Virus record (IMG/VR): IMGVR_UViG_3300000956_000001
Location: 18,630 to 82,629 of that record
DNA length: 64,000 bases
Source of the DNA: a virus
Reading direction: 5' to 3' (one strand)
The notes under the pieces are model-generated. The model had not been told where the DNA came from. It saw only the letters and a list, made by a program, of their open reading frames with translations, and did not search any database. A program made the position numbers and the translations under genes. Shown here in pieces: positions 43,400 to 53,934 of the stretch (positions within the stretch are counted from its first letter, which is position 1; each line of letters starts with the position of its first letter).

Positions 43400-44284
43400 T
43401 CACTTCCAGTAATTCGTAGTAGTAAGCGCGTCGAGAGCGTCGCGCGGCGTCAGAGCCTGTGAACCATAGTTGGTACGAAAGTCGAGGAAGAACGTCGGAT
43501 CCAGGGGATTCTTGAGGTTCCGACCCAGAGGGAGCCGACAAAGGTTCCCGAAGCCCTTCTTCTCCAAGGCAACCTGCTTGGGGAAGACTTCGACCGTCAT
43601 GCACTGGTAGCTGAGTTCCTCGTCGATGGTTCCGTTGTGAGCGTTGACGATCTTGTGCTTAAAGAAGTTATTGCCCCTACTCGGGGCAAAACAGCCGAGA
43701 TTGTCCAGAATCATCTGTGCGCCATCGCGAACATCTTTGGCTGGCATGAGGCCAGTGAAGCCGTACACATGCACACCCTTGTTGCCGGTGTACGTGGCAG
43801 CAACTGGGATCTCAAGCTCGCGAGATACTGCGCTGGCGAGCTTCTCGGCAAGCATGCGCATCTGCGTCTTGAGGTACTGCCGCTGAAGTCCCAGACTCCG
43901 ATTGAGCCAGTCTTCGCGCGGGTTGGTCGGGAAGAAGTTCTTGTACACGCCGTCCGAGTCACAGTCGACCGGCAGTACCAGCTGTTCGTACGTCTCTGGA
44001 TGCTGAGGGTCCGGCTTGTCCAGATCGATATCAAAGACGAACAGCTTGCACTGGTCATCCTTGTTGAGCAGATAGTGACCGTAAGTTGCATCACTGTTGA
44101 TATGCGCCAACAGATGCTTCATACCGAAACCACTGTCCGGAGTGATGACTGCCGTTCCGTCCGCAGTCCGATCCACGGCTGGCTGGTATGCGCCATCAGC
44201 TCGCTGCGTTGCGCGCACATCAGGTCGTGCGATGAAATTCTTAGCGAACAGCTTTGCGATTTCTTTCTGCTGATCGATGTCCAT
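43400..44284 (-). CDS. archaeo-eukaryotic primase (AEP/prim-pol catalytic domain)
   Basis: GHYLL...CKLFVFDID, TGNKGVHVY, EVFPKQ, GFGNLCRLPL. Confidence 0.85.
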   Translation of the reverse strand: MDIDQQKEIAKLFAKNFIARPDVRATQRADGAYQPAVDRTADGTAVITPDSGFGMKHLLAHINSDATYGHYLLNKDDQCKLFVFDIDLDKPDPQHPETYEQLVLPVDCDSDGVYKNFFPTNPREDWLNRSLGLQRQYLKTQMRMLAEKLASAVSRELEIPVAATYTGNKGVHVYGFTGLMPAKDVRDGAQMILDNLGCFAPSRGNNFFKHKIVNAHNGTIDEELSYQCMTVEVFPKQVALEKKGFGNLCRLPLGRNLKNPLDPTFFLDFRTNYGSQALTPRDALDALTTTNYWK

Positions 44285-44547
44285 GGATCTCCCAGGTGCA
44301 TTCCGGAGGTGCCCGAAAAATCGCTACTTCGGACTGGGTTTATCGGGCAATATGGCCGTTGACGTGCGAAAACGTCGCGGATCAGTAGGTTACCATGCGT
44401 CAATATCCACATGCAACTCTCGGGGTGTTATCGGCTGGACAGAACAGAGTTTATGGTGTATAGTGGCCGATGACGGAGCAGCCCAGGTGCGACGTCGCTT
44501 GGTGCCCACTGCCGACCTCCCCAGGACCCTGCAGAAGCGCGCGCCAC

Positions 44548-44599
44548 GAAACGCCGGTCAACCCTTCCGGAGGGGGGAAGACCGGCGTTTCTGTCTTTC
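44548..44599 (+). terminator. intrinsic terminator in the divergent intergenic region
   Basis: GAAACGCCGGTC/GACCGGCGTTTC stem followed by TGTCTTTC. Confidence 0.6.
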
Positions 44600-44706
44600 A
44601 AGCTAGTCGTTAACTACGCGCTTATGTGCGCGCGTCATGTGTTAGCGGTAGCGTTGCCGTCGGGGTAACCTATGCCAAAGGTCCCTATAGCCCGTAAAGG
44701 CCAACA

Positions 44707-46206
44707 ATGACCGACCTCTGGTTTCGTAATCCACAGTCTTGCCTTTCCGTTCTGGCCGAAGAAGGTATCTCTAAGATCACTTGGACCAGGCAGCATCTCG
44801 GAAGACTCAAGACGGACGGCATCATGCCTGTTCGTCAGTTCTACATGAGTACGCCAGTGCGACCAAGGATCATGCTGATCGGTATTCAGGGAAGTTCTGA
44901 GTACACCATATGGGATCGCTTTGATAAGCCTACGGCGGTGTATCCTACATGGTCTGGCAAGGAAGACCCAATCGAGGACCTGTACGACTTCATTCGGCGT
45001 CCGGTGGGCGAGAATGAAGTGATGTGCTCGAATAGGGAGATTCCTTCTAGCATGAGGCCCGTTCTGGGTCAGCCGCACAGGGTAGTTTTGCATAACTGTC
45101 CGTCTAGCGTCTCGGGCGTTGGCAAGCAGTTCTGGCTCCGCATGTCAGGGATCCAGCAGGAGTTTCCGAATGTCGAGCTATTTGTCAACGGAAGTAAGTC
45201 TTTCAGTACGGTGTTTGGCCTGAGGTTCAAGGCCGGAGATATTGGGCTATCGGATCTCGGTGATTCGAATCAGCACATCACTCTTCCAAATGGCATGACG
45301 ATCAAGTTGAACGAAGGAGAGCTTCGAAAGCTATTCCAGTGGGAAGACTGGATCAAGGCGTTGGGCTTTACGATCGACCAGGTTGTAACGAGTCAGATGG
45401 AGCGGTATCGGTTTCGCGTTCGTGCTGCACGGTGGGCGGCTAAACACTGGGCTGATAACTACAGATTCCATACGAACAGCCTGAACGCATCGCCTGACTA
45501 TGAAGCTACAGATGAAACCTATGTTCCTCCAAAAGCGCGAACTGTAATGCTGTCGCGCAAGTTCACTACACTCGATGCTGATAAGGTTCTGTGTAACCGA
45601 TGCCGCATTGCACCTGGATGTAAGTTGTTTCGATCGGACAGTATCTGCGGATTGAAGGACTCAAAAGTGGGAGATCTAGAGAAATTCTTCCAGTCTCGCA
45701 ATGCGAGTCTGATCATTCAGGGCCTTGCCAACATCGCATCGCTTCAGGCTCAGCGTCTTGAGAATGCTATGGCTGCCGAAACTGCAGCAGGTGAGACTGA
45801 TCCGGACGTTACGAAGCAGATGAACTCGCTGTTTAGTAACGGCGTTAAGCTAGCCAAGTTGGTTGATCCAAATCTGAATGGTGGCCCTAGCGTTCAGGTA
45901 AACGTTGGCGTGAGCGGCGGTAATGCTCAGGTCGTTACGAACATGAATCCGAAGGCCGTGATGGCTGACATCATGCAGGCTCTTGAGCATCAGGGCATTG
46001 CGCGCGAGAACGTCACTGCCGACATGGTCGAGGGTATTCTTAAGTCGATGGCTCACGATGGTGATCGCCAGCGAGCAATCGAGGCTAACACTGTCATGCG
46101 CGAGGCGAAGAGTTCAAAGAAGATTATCGAAGCAATTGATAGTGTCGTTGTGCAAGACGCACTGCCTGTTCCAGTGTCACCGGTTCCGACGGCGCGCGAC
46201 GAATGA
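44707..46206 (+). CDS. hypothetical protein, first gene of virion operon (C-terminus possibly terminase small subunit-like)
   Basis: 499 aa; CNRC..C......C motif; coupled to terminase. Confidence 0.7.
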   Translation: MTDLWFRNPQSCLSVLAEEGISKITWTRQHLGRLKTDGIMPVRQFYMSTPVRPRIMLIGIQGSSEYTIWDRFDKPTAVYPTWSGKEDPIEDLYDFIRRPVGENEVMCSNREIPSSMRPVLGQPHRVVLHNCPSSVSGVGKQFWLRMSGIQQEFPNVELFVNGSKSFSTVFGLRFKAGDIGLSDLGDSNQHITLPNGMTIKLNEGELRKLFQWEDWIKALGFTIDQVVTSQMERYRFRVRAARWAAKHWADNYRFHTNSLNASPDYEATDETYVPPKARTVMLSRKFTTLDADKVLCNRCRIAPGCKLFRSDSICGLKDSKVGDLEKFFQSRNASLIIQGLANIASLQAQRLENAMAAETAAGETDPDVTKQMNSLFSNGVKLAKLVDPNLNGGPSVQVNVGVSGGNAQVVTNMNPKAVMADIMQALEHQGIARENVTADMVEGILKSMAHDGDRQRAIEANTVMREAKSSKKIIEAIDSVVVQDALPVPVSPVPTARDE

Positions 46207-48104
46207 CAAGTCCTGCAGCTAAACATGCGGCTGCACTCGTTCAGAAGCAGATGCTTATTGAGCTTCAGTGGCTTAAGCGTAATCCTGCTTTCTTTGAGCG
46301 TCCTGCTAGCATCGTAGAGTTTCTTGGTGAAGATTACCTGAATATCGCATCTGGTGTTCGTGGAGGTGTGAAAGATTGTCTAGTCAGCATCTTCGGCGAC
46401 AAGCCGAACGTCTACAATCTGGCTCTAGTCCAGGACGCGATGTTTACGGGTGCGATCGGCATCGGGAAGACGACGTTTGCCTCAATTGCACTTCCATACA
46501 TGGTGCATTGGTGCTTGTGCTTGAAGGACCCGCAGGCGTTTTTCGGCCTTCTTCCGGGTTCTCGAATTGCGTTCATGCAGATGTCAACGTCGGAACGGCA
46601 AGCAAAGGAGGTCCTCTTCGGTGACATCTTCGCACGTATTAATCACAGTCCGTGGTTCAAGAAGTATCCTCATGACCCAAAGTTCACGTCGCAGATTCGG
46701 TTTCCGAAGGAAATCTGGATTGTGCCAGGTGACTCTGCTGAAACCACCTTCGAAGGTTACAACATCCTTGGTGGAATCATTGATGAGATCGACTCCCACA
46801 AGGTCACTGAGAAGAAGGATTACGCTGAGGTTGGGTATGACACAATTCGTGCTCGTATTACCTCGCGATTCCAGAACCGCGGCCTTCTTATCTGCATTGG
46901 GCAGATGAAGAAGAGTATTGGCTTCGCTGCAAAGAAGTACAAGGAGTTCACTGACGAGGGTATCGCTGGTGGCGCATTCGCTAAGAAACTAACCATCTGG
47001 GAATCGTTCGGCTGGGATGATAAGCGTTACCTGAAACCAGATGGTACCAGGGATTCTTTCTGGTTCGATACGCGACGCAAGACTATCATTAACGAACTGA
47101 TGGTGGATTTCGTAGACAAGAAGAATCTCATGGAGATTCCGAAGGTCTACCGGAAAGACTTCAAGAACAATCCTGAAAAGGCAATGAAGGACCTGGCTGG
47201 CATTCCGCCGATGGTCGGCGACGCCTTCATCTCCATGGTTGAGCGCGTTGAAGCTTGCAGGGACAAGTGGCATACGCGGTACGGCGTAACTGAATCTCCA
47301 GTACGTCAAAACCTAGCTATTCCCCAGTTCCAGGACTGGTTCTACGCGTCCGACACCCTACGCCGGGTGATGCACGTAGACATCGCGTATAGCGCGCAGG
47401 GCGATGCGTTGGGCATGGCTATGGGACATGTGCGGGAACTAAAGGAAATTGATGGCGAGTTGAAGCCAGTCATCGTTTTTGATTGCCTGATCCGGATGCG
47501 ACCGGTTCCTGGAACGCAACTTGTGCTCGCAGATATGCGACAGGTGATTTATAAGTTGCGAGACGAGCGCGGGTTCAGGATTAAGAAGGTAACCCTCGAT
47601 GGATTCGAGTCGACCGACACGATGCAGCAACTCACGAAGAAGAGAATCATCGGCGAGTACCTATCGGTCGACAAGAATATCCTGCCGTATCATGACTTGC
47701 GGGAAGCTATCTACGAAGGCCGTGTAGAGTTTCCTAAATTCATGACACTGATGAAGCATGGCGATTCAGAAACGGTTGAGATTGCAGTTCAGGAGTTGCT
47801 GCAACTAATCGAAACTGATCGAGGGAAGATTGATCATCCCGAAGGAGGCAGTAAGGACGTCTCTGATGCGATGGCAGGAGTTTGCACTACGTTGATGGGT
47901 GACAGGAGTTACCGGCGCGGTGTATCGTCGGGCACAGGTTCATCAACGTCCGCAGAGATTGGTTCTTCCGGCATTGAAGTGCCGGGATTCTCGGTCGCAT
48001 CTGGTTCAGATCCGATGGGTCTCCCGAAAATGCCATCCATGCCTAATTATGGCTCGCTTGGCAGTCTTCTTCCGAACGTCCCAAGTCATCTGCGTCCTCG
48101 CTAG
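46203..48104 (+). CDS. terL: terminase large subunit
   Basis: GAIGIGKTT Walker A, IIDEID Walker B, nuclease HVDIA...D and KDVSDAMAG. Confidence 0.9.
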   Translation: MTSPAAKHAAALVQKQMLIELQWLKRNPAFFERPASIVEFLGEDYLNIASGVRGGVKDCLVSIFGDKPNVYNLALVQDAMFTGAIGIGKTTFASIALPYMVHWCLCLKDPQAFFGLLPGSRIAFMQMSTSERQAKEVLFGDIFARINHSPWFKKYPHDPKFTSQIRFPKEIWIVPGDSAETTFEGYNILGGIIDEIDSHKVTEKKDYAEVGYDTIRARITSRFQNRGLLICIGQMKKSIGFAAKKYKEFTDEGIAGGAFAKKLTIWESFGWDDKRYLKPDGTRDSFWFDTRRKTIINELMVDFVDKKNLMEIPKVYRKDFKNNPEKAMKDLAGIPPMVGDAFISMVERVEACRDKWHTRYGVTESPVRQNLAIPQFQDWFYASDTLRRVMHVDIAYSAQGDALGMAMGHVRELKEIDGELKPVIVFDCLIRMRPVPGTQLVLADMRQVIYKLRDERGFRIKKVTLDGFESTDTMQQLTKKRIIGEYLSVDKNILPYHDLREAIYEGRVEFPKFMTLMKHGDSETVEIAVQELLQLIETDRGKIDHPEGGSKDVSDAMAGVCTTLMGDRSYRRGVSSGTGSSTSAEIGSSGIEVPGFSVASGSDPMGLPKMPSMPNYGSLGSLLPNVPSHLRPR

Positions 48105-48113
48105 GAGCTGACA

Positions 48114-49850
48114 GTGCCTCTGCTTGACGCAAAGGGCAATCACATTCCACCTACCAGTAACTACACGAAGGCGAAACCGCCCATTAAGGGCGAAGCGTTT
48201 GCGCCTCGGTGGGCTGGCGACCTTGACCGCGACATCTTCAAGATGCCTGGCGGAGGGACGGTCTTGTTTGACCTGTCCCGTCTTACCCTGGCTGACTTCC
48301 GCACCATGCGCGACCACTACCAGGTGAACGCTACCCTGAGTGTGCTGACGTTCATGCTTCATCAGATGGACTGGCGCATCGAGTGCGATAACCCGAAGAT
48401 TAAGCAGATGGTCACCGACAATGTGACCGAGATCTGGACTCAGCTGATTCGCGCGATCAGCCAGGCGTTCTGGGCGGGTTACTCGCCGAATGTTCTGCAG
48501 TACGAGAATATCGGCAAGTACCTTCAGATTACCAAGATCAAGGATCTCATTCCCGAGCAGTGCGCTGTCGAGTGGGACGACGTTCCCGGCTGGGCTCCGG
48601 AGGGGCACATCCCGCCGAAGATCCGTGTCTTCAACGGAATCAAGGTGTGGGGTCAGAACTGGCCCGTGCCGACGCAGAACAGCTTCTGGTACCCGCTGCT
48701 AATGGAGAACGGCGATTACTATGGAAAGAAGCTTCTTCGCCCTGTCTTTACCAGCTGGTACTTCAGTATCCTCATGCATCTCTTTGCCAACCGCTACTTT
48801 GAGCGTTTCGGAGAGCCTGTCCCGGTCGGTCGTGCATCGTATGAAGACGAGATCACGGTCCCCACTTCGGGTGGTCCGCAGAAGGTCAACGGAGCTGATC
48901 TCATGGTCAGCATTCTGCAGAACCTTCGAAATCGATCGGTGGTTGTGCTCCCCAATGACCGATCCCCAACTGGCGTGGGAACTGGTACAGAGTTTGACTA
49001 CAACATCGAGTACCTTGAGTCCCAGATGCGCGGCGCGGATTTTGAGCGCTATCTCATGCGACTGGATGAAGAAATCTCTCTTGGGCTTTTCACGCCTCTC
49101 CTGATCCTGCGTACTGCTGATGTTGGCAGCTACAGCCTGGGCGAGACGCACTGGAACATGTACATCAACATGCTCCACGCGATTTCAGGTGACGCGAAGT
49201 ACTTCATCGACAACTTCATTCTGTCCCGGCTGGTTGACTCGAACTTTGGTGTGAACGCGCCGCGCGCCCGTATTGTCTTCCGGCGTTCGGGAGACGATAG
49301 GAAAGACGCCGTGATGGCGATCCTCCAGGCGCTCATGAGCAAGGGTACCGTCAAGCCTGACCTCGTCGAGCTGGGCAACATCGTGGGGTTGAAGTTGGAA
49401 GAAGTTGAACTTCTTACCGACACAGCACCAGGCGGAGGGCCTGGCGCGCAGCCGGGCGCGCAGGGTTCTCCTTCACAGAAGGAGCAGACGAAAACAGGTG
49501 GGGAAGCATCGAAGAAGCCAGCGGCCACCAAGAAGAAGGCTGCGAAAAATTCTAAGGCAGTCCTTTCGGAAGTTGCTGGGCGTATTTCGTCGCAAGTCAA
49601 CAGGTGGGTAGCGTCCGATAGAAGTGAAGCGTTCATTCCGGACTTTGGCTACAATCGCAAGCTCAGTGATGCCATGGAGTTGGACGGCGCCCGGGAGGCT
49701 AACGCGGCGGTAGATGAACTGTATCGTCTGTCTGCGGCGTGGATGGCCGATCTTCCGGCAGAGGTTCTGGTTGATACTCCTCCGATGACACTTTTGAGTA
49801 TGATCGAGAGTGTCATGACGAATCTCATGCAAGATATCATCGACGCTTAG
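48114..49850 (+). CDS. portal protein (Mu gp29/DUF935-like)
   Basis: Follows terL; YG..LLR..., ERFGEP..VG, DEEIS..L, GSYSLGETH. Confidence 0.85.
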   Translation: MPLLDAKGNHIPPTSNYTKAKPPIKGEAFAPRWAGDLDRDIFKMPGGGTVLFDLSRLTLADFRTMRDHYQVNATLSVLTFMLHQMDWRIECDNPKIKQMVTDNVTEIWTQLIRAISQAFWAGYSPNVLQYENIGKYLQITKIKDLIPEQCAVEWDDVPGWAPEGHIPPKIRVFNGIKVWGQNWPVPTQNSFWYPLLMENGDYYGKKLLRPVFTSWYFSILMHLFANRYFERFGEPVPVGRASYEDEITVPTSGGPQKVNGADLMVSILQNLRNRSVVVLPNDRSPTGVGTGTEFDYNIEYLESQMRGADFERYLMRLDEEISLGLFTPLLILRTADVGSYSLGETHWNMYINMLHAISGDAKYFIDNFILSRLVDSNFGVNAPRARIVFRRSGDDRKDAVMAILQALMSKGTVKPDLVELGNIVGLKLEEVELLTDTAPGGGPGAQPGAQGSPSQKEQTKTGGEASKKPAATKKKAAKNSKAVLSEVAGRISSQVNRWVASDRSEAFIPDFGYNRKLSDAMELDGAREANAAVDELYRLSAAWMADLPAEVLVDTPPMTLLSMIESVMTNLMQDIIDA

Positions 49851-49858
49851 GGGCTGTC

Positions 49859-50062
49859 TTGATTCAGTATATGGTTGACATCGTCATGAAAGATGGAAGT
49901 CCAAAGTTGGCCAGCATCGAGGCTGAAGACTTCGATACTGCTGTTATGCTTGTCTCTCGCCAGTTCGGCGAGCTTGCCAAGTGTGGTGACAAGGAGGCGG
50001 AAGAATTTGCAGCGAACATCGCCGACTACACCGTCAGGCTCGTAGAGAATGCTTCTGTCTGA
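49859..50062 (+). CDS. hypothetical protein
   Basis: 67 aa, coupled. Confidence 0.5.
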   Translation: MIQYMVDIVMKDGSPKLASIEAEDFDTAVMLVSRQFGELAKCGDKEAEEFAANIADYTVRLVENASV

Positions 50063-50358
50063 TGTCTAGTCGGACAGCTAATGGACGGCAGGAGTTGAGA
50101 TGCTTCTGCTCTCGCTCTCCGCTCATGGCTGTCTATGGCATAGATTCTGATGGACAGCCGTTCATCCACTTCAAGGTGTGGAAGCAGCGTAGGCTATACG
50201 GTGAGTTCGTCTTCAAGGGTGGAGTTGTAAAGATCCACTGTAATCACTGCTACAGATGGCATGTGATTACTATCAGGCCAAACTCTCGCCCTCAACTAGT
50301 TGAGACGCAAAAACCCGTAGAGCTAGAAGCTGGAACAATCGAAGACGCAGACGTATAG
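50062..50358 (+). CDS. zinc-ribbon (Com-like) protein
   Basis: ELRCFC...L...KIHCNHC. Confidence 0.6.
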   Translation: MSSRTANGRQELRCFCSRSPLMAVYGIDSDGQPFIHFKVWKQRRLYGEFVFKGGVVKIHCNHCYRWHVITIRPNSRPQLVETQKPVELEAGTIEDADV

Positions 50359-50386
50359 TCACAGGGACGTACGACGAGGGACGGAT

Positions 50387-51565
50387 ATGACAGCATTTGG
50401 TAATCCAGCAGCGCCGTTCTTCTTCACTTCGGACGGTTTCGGCGTCGAGCCGAAGGTCTATGCTGGGGCGAACGGCTCGAAGGTTTACTCTGGCGTAGCA
50501 GTCTTCCGTTCTGGCACTTTCCGTGACAGCATGGGGCGCCAGAACACCTGGGAGGGCGTCCACATCAAGCAGATGGTCGACAATTACGATCATCTGTCCG
50601 AGAAGGGTATTCTCGCTTCAGTTCCTGCCCGTGACGGACACAAGGACTGGCTCGTCAGCAACATCCCTGGGCGCGGCGAGGTCGTCGGGTGGCACAAGGA
50701 TCTCAAGAGGAAGTCTCTTAAGAATCCCATTGACGGCAAGCAGTACTCGTACATTCTTGCCGACTATGAGATCACCCAGGCGTACGCTCTCGAAAAAATT
50801 CAGAATGGTACATGGAGAAACCGGTCTGCAGAGATTGGCGGATACGGCACAAACGACGAGGCCGAGTTTTGGCCCGTTTATTTGGGCTTTGCATTCGTAG
50901 ATTTTTCTGCCGTCGAGGGGCTAAACTTCTCCTCGTCGCAAGGGGCCCGGTTCTACAGCTACTTCGAAGGTAGCGGAACCCTCAGAGGAGAAGCAGTGAC
51001 CGATCAGACTGGCCAGCAGGGTGCGCCCGCGCTGCCTTTCCCGACCAACATGACGCCTCCGGCTCAGGCGACGCAGCACACGCAGGCTCCTGTGCAGCCC
51101 GTCGCGCAGCCGTCGGCTCCGTTCGTGTTCAGCATCGGCGGTCAGAATGTGACCGACCCCAACGCTGTCCAGGCGTACGTGAACCGCATGGAGCAGTTCA
51201 CCAAGGACACGCGCGACACTGTTCGTAAGAACTTCGTCGCCGGTCTGAAGGCGGCTAACCGGATCACTGCTCCCCAGGAAGAGGGCATGGCGGCCTTCGC
51301 CTGCGGTCTCACCGACGAGCAGTATGCGCAGTGGTCGGCCATGTGGGACGTTGCTCCGGTGCAGCCAATTCTCGGTCTTCATGGTGGCCAGGCGGCCAAC
51401 GCGAACCCGACGAATCATGCCCAGCCTGATCCCGAGGATCAGAAGATCGCAGATGCCGAGGCTGTGGTCAAGATGCACGCCACTGGCGGTGTCATGACCG
51501 AGGAGCAGATCAAGCAGACCAGCGCCTACAAGATTCTTGTCGCTGCAGGCAAGCGGCCCGCGTAA
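50387..51565 (+). CDS. capsid maturation protease/scaffold
   Basis: VFRSGTF, H..., VVGW, A.EKI..G.WR.RSAEI, L.G.A....AVEGL (Mu I-like); position between portal and capsid. Confidence 0.8.
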   Translation: MTAFGNPAAPFFFTSDGFGVEPKVYAGANGSKVYSGVAVFRSGTFRDSMGRQNTWEGVHIKQMVDNYDHLSEKGILASVPARDGHKDWLVSNIPGRGEVVGWHKDLKRKSLKNPIDGKQYSYILADYEITQAYALEKIQNGTWRNRSAEIGGYGTNDEAEFWPVYLGFAFVDFSAVEGLNFSSSQGARFYSYFEGSGTLRGEAVTDQTGQQGAPALPFPTNMTPPAQATQHTQAPVQPVAQPSAPFVFSIGGQNVTDPNAVQAYVNRMEQFTKDTRDTVRKNFVAGLKAANRITAPQEEGMAAFACGLTDEQYAQWSAMWDVAPVQPILGLHGGQAANANPTNHAQPDPEDQKIADAEAVVKMHATGGVMTEEQIKQTSAYKILVAAGKRPA

Positions 51566-51605
51566 CCAACGGCAGATCGCAGAAGAAACAAACTGAGAGG
51601 TACGC

Positions 51606-52385
51606 ATGCCTTCCTTCACTAAGGGCGGTGCAGCTAAGACGCCGTTCGGCAAGAACGTCTACCTGCGGTCTACCCAGGGTTGCAAGTTCGAGTCGTACAC
51701 GTGCGCTGCTGCGACCGTTCCGATCGAGATGATCGACGGTTCGCCACAGAAGGTTCTTCAGCCCGGCACCGTCATGGCGAAGGTCACCAGCGGTCCTGAC
51801 ATCGGCAAGGTCGGCCCCTTCCAGGCGGCCGGTACTGCCGAGGTTCAGACGATGACCCCAACCACCGTTACGGCCGGTACATTCACGCTGACCATCATTC
51901 AGCCGACTACGGGCGTCTCGCGCACTACCGCTCCAATCGCCTGGAATGCTACGCAGGCTACTGTTCTCGCTGCCCTTGTGGCGCTGGACAATGTCGGCCC
52001 AGGCGATATCGCCGTTGGTGGTGCAGCAACGGTCAATGCTGGCGCCATGACCTTCACTTTCTATGGTGACTTCATCGGCAATCCGGCCCAGATGGTGGAA
52101 GACGAGACCGCCCTTACCGGCACGCTCGCCATCACGACCACCACGCCTGGTGTGGCTGGTGCGCTGGACGGTCGTCAGACCCTGGCGAACATCGTCGGCG
52201 TCAACGACACCTTCCTTCCCTGGCAGCTGCTGGAGCATGACGAGAACATCGGCGTCATGTACATCGGCACAGTTGTTCAGGGCTGGTGCTACGAACTCAA
52301 CGCCGCTGGCGCTCGCATCGCACTCACCAACACCACGGTGGATGCCATGCGGTCCGTCAAGGGCATGGACATCACGGCCAAGTAA
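51606..52385 (+). CDS. head decoration protein with inserted domain
   Basis: LQPGTVMAKVTSG...GK..P...DG.QT...IVG pattern; precedes major capsid. Confidence 0.75.
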   Translation: MPSFTKGGAAKTPFGKNVYLRSTQGCKFESYTCAAATVPIEMIDGSPQKVLQPGTVMAKVTSGPDIGKVGPFQAAGTAEVQTMTPTTVTAGTFTLTIIQPTTGVSRTTAPIAWNATQATVLAALVALDNVGPGDIAVGGAATVNAGAMTFTFYGDFIGNPAQMVEDETALTGTLAITTTTPGVAGALDGRQTLANIVGVNDTFLPWQLLEHDENIGVMYIGTVVQGWCYELNAAGARIALTNTTVDAMRSVKGMDITAK

Positions 52386-52402
52386 GGGTAGGGATTCCCA
52401 AC

Positions 52403-53668
52403 ATGAATGCTGGTACTGGGCTCGCAGGCCCTGCCCTGGCTGGCGGTGGTGGTGCGCACTTCGCGACTCCACTCGCCCAGGATCGTCTGGTTCGCAAGGA
52501 GGTCGCGCTCGGTGTCATCCGTGACATCGTTCCTCCCCAGAACCACATCGGCCTCGCGACGATCGCTCCGTTCCTGGAGGTTCCGACCGACGACGTGATC
52601 TTCCAGTACGCCCAGGGCCTGACCGATGGCCTCGCCCCGGCGCGTGCCGAGGACGCGGAGTCTGAGTTGAGCCAGAAGGACGACACGTTCCTCTCCGAGG
52701 GTCGCGCGAGCGTCATCGACTGGTCGATCAAGGACCACTACACCGCAAGCGATGTCAACCGGTATCGCGAGTGGCTGCTCATTCAGCAGCAGATTCGTGA
52801 CAGTCTCACGCTGCCCCTCACCGCCCAGTCGGCGACTGAGGGCTGGCAGGCGAAGATGGCCCGCGACACTGCGCGTCGTCGGCGCAAGCTGGACAACCGG
52901 CTCGAGTGGCTCATCATGACCGCACTCGAGAATGCTGGCATCGCCTACAACGACGGCAAGATCAAGTTCACCGTCGACTATGGTCGTCCGGCGACCCAGT
53001 CCATCGGTCCCGGCTCGACGCTGGTGGACCCGACAGGTCAGGGTGTTCCGAACACCGCGATGGCGGCTGGTTCCTGGATCAAGAGCGATGGCTCCGGTGA
53101 TCCCATCGGTGACATCCTCAACCTTCAGAACTGGTTCTACGAGGTCTACGGCGTTCGCCTCTCGCGCGCTATCGCTTCCCGTCGGGTGCTCAGCAACCTG
53201 TGGGCATCGAACAAGTTCACCGCTCGCGCGGGCCTGATCACCAACGCGTCTTCGACGCCGGTGGATCTCAAGTACCTGGTCGACGGCTGGTCCCCCAGTG
53301 CCGCCCAGGCACTGATCGAGGCCGCGACTGGTGTGCAGTTCATCGAGTACGACAGCGTGTACCGCACGCGGCCTGTCGGCTCGAACACCGTCACGAACAA
53401 CCGGTTCCTCTCGCAGAACAAGGTCATCTTCCTGCCTGACGACTCGGATCTTGCCGAGTTCGACGACACTCAGATCGGCTTCGCGAAGACCCTGACCTCG
53501 CCGCACCCGGCGGGCAACTGGACGGCGAGCTGGTACGAGTGGGAGAAGGAGTACGGCGTGGACCCGTGGGGTTACGACGTCGGCACTGGCATCAAGGCGT
53601 TCCCGGTCTTCATGCACATGGACAAGACCGCCGTCTACACGTTCAGCGCGCTGGACGGGTCGGTCTAA
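52403..53668 (+). CDS. major capsid protein
   Basis: Strongest codon bias; R.EW....AL..G.I....VDYG.P, GDPI.DI (phage cap E-like); start ATG 52403. Confidence 0.88.
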   Translation: MNAGTGLAGPALAGGGGAHFATPLAQDRLVRKEVALGVIRDIVPPQNHIGLATIAPFLEVPTDDVIFQYAQGLTDGLAPARAEDAESELSQKDDTFLSEGRASVIDWSIKDHYTASDVNRYREWLLIQQQIRDSLTLPLTAQSATEGWQAKMARDTARRRRKLDNRLEWLIMTALENAGIAYNDGKIKFTVDYGRPATQSIGPGSTLVDPTGQGVPNTAMAAGSWIKSDGSGDPIGDILNLQNWFYEVYGVRLSRAIASRRVLSNLWASNKFTARAGLITNASSTPVDLKYLVDGWSPSAAQALIEAATGVQFIEYDSVYRTRPVGSNTVTNNRFLSQNKVIFLPDDSDLAEFDDTQIGFAKTLTSPHPAGNWTASWYEWEKEYGVDPWGYDVGTGIKAFPVFMHMDKTAVYTFSALDGSV

Positions 53669-53670
53669 CC

Positions 53671-53934
53671 ATGAGGATCACCGCGAAGGCGAAGCTTGGC
53701 AGCAAGATGCTGCTGTCGAACGGGGACTACGGTCTCTACTTCCACCCCGACTACTACGGGGACAAGGCCGAGGTCAACAAGGCGTGGGCCACTGCATCGC
53801 CGAGCCTGTCATTCCAGATGCAGGTTACCGCAGCGGCTGCTGCGAACTTCGAGCAGGGCGCTTCATACACGGTCACGTTCGAACAGGACGTCGCCGAGAA
53901 GGAGGTCAAGGATGGCAGCGACTCGTCTGCCTGA
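53671..53934 (+). CDS. hypothetical protein
   Basis: MRITAKAK...NKAWATASPS....MQV....A..FE.G..Y.VTF. Confidence 0.7.
   Translation: MRITAKAKLGSKMLLSNGDYGLYFHPDYYGDKAEVNKAWATASPSLSFQMQVTAAAAANFEQGASYTVTFEQDVAEKEVKDGSDSSA

Noticed and set aside
52289-53617. 442-aa minus-strand ORF (likewise 56277-57488, 41815-43014, 16845-17777)
   Set aside because: Antisense shadows of well-supported genes
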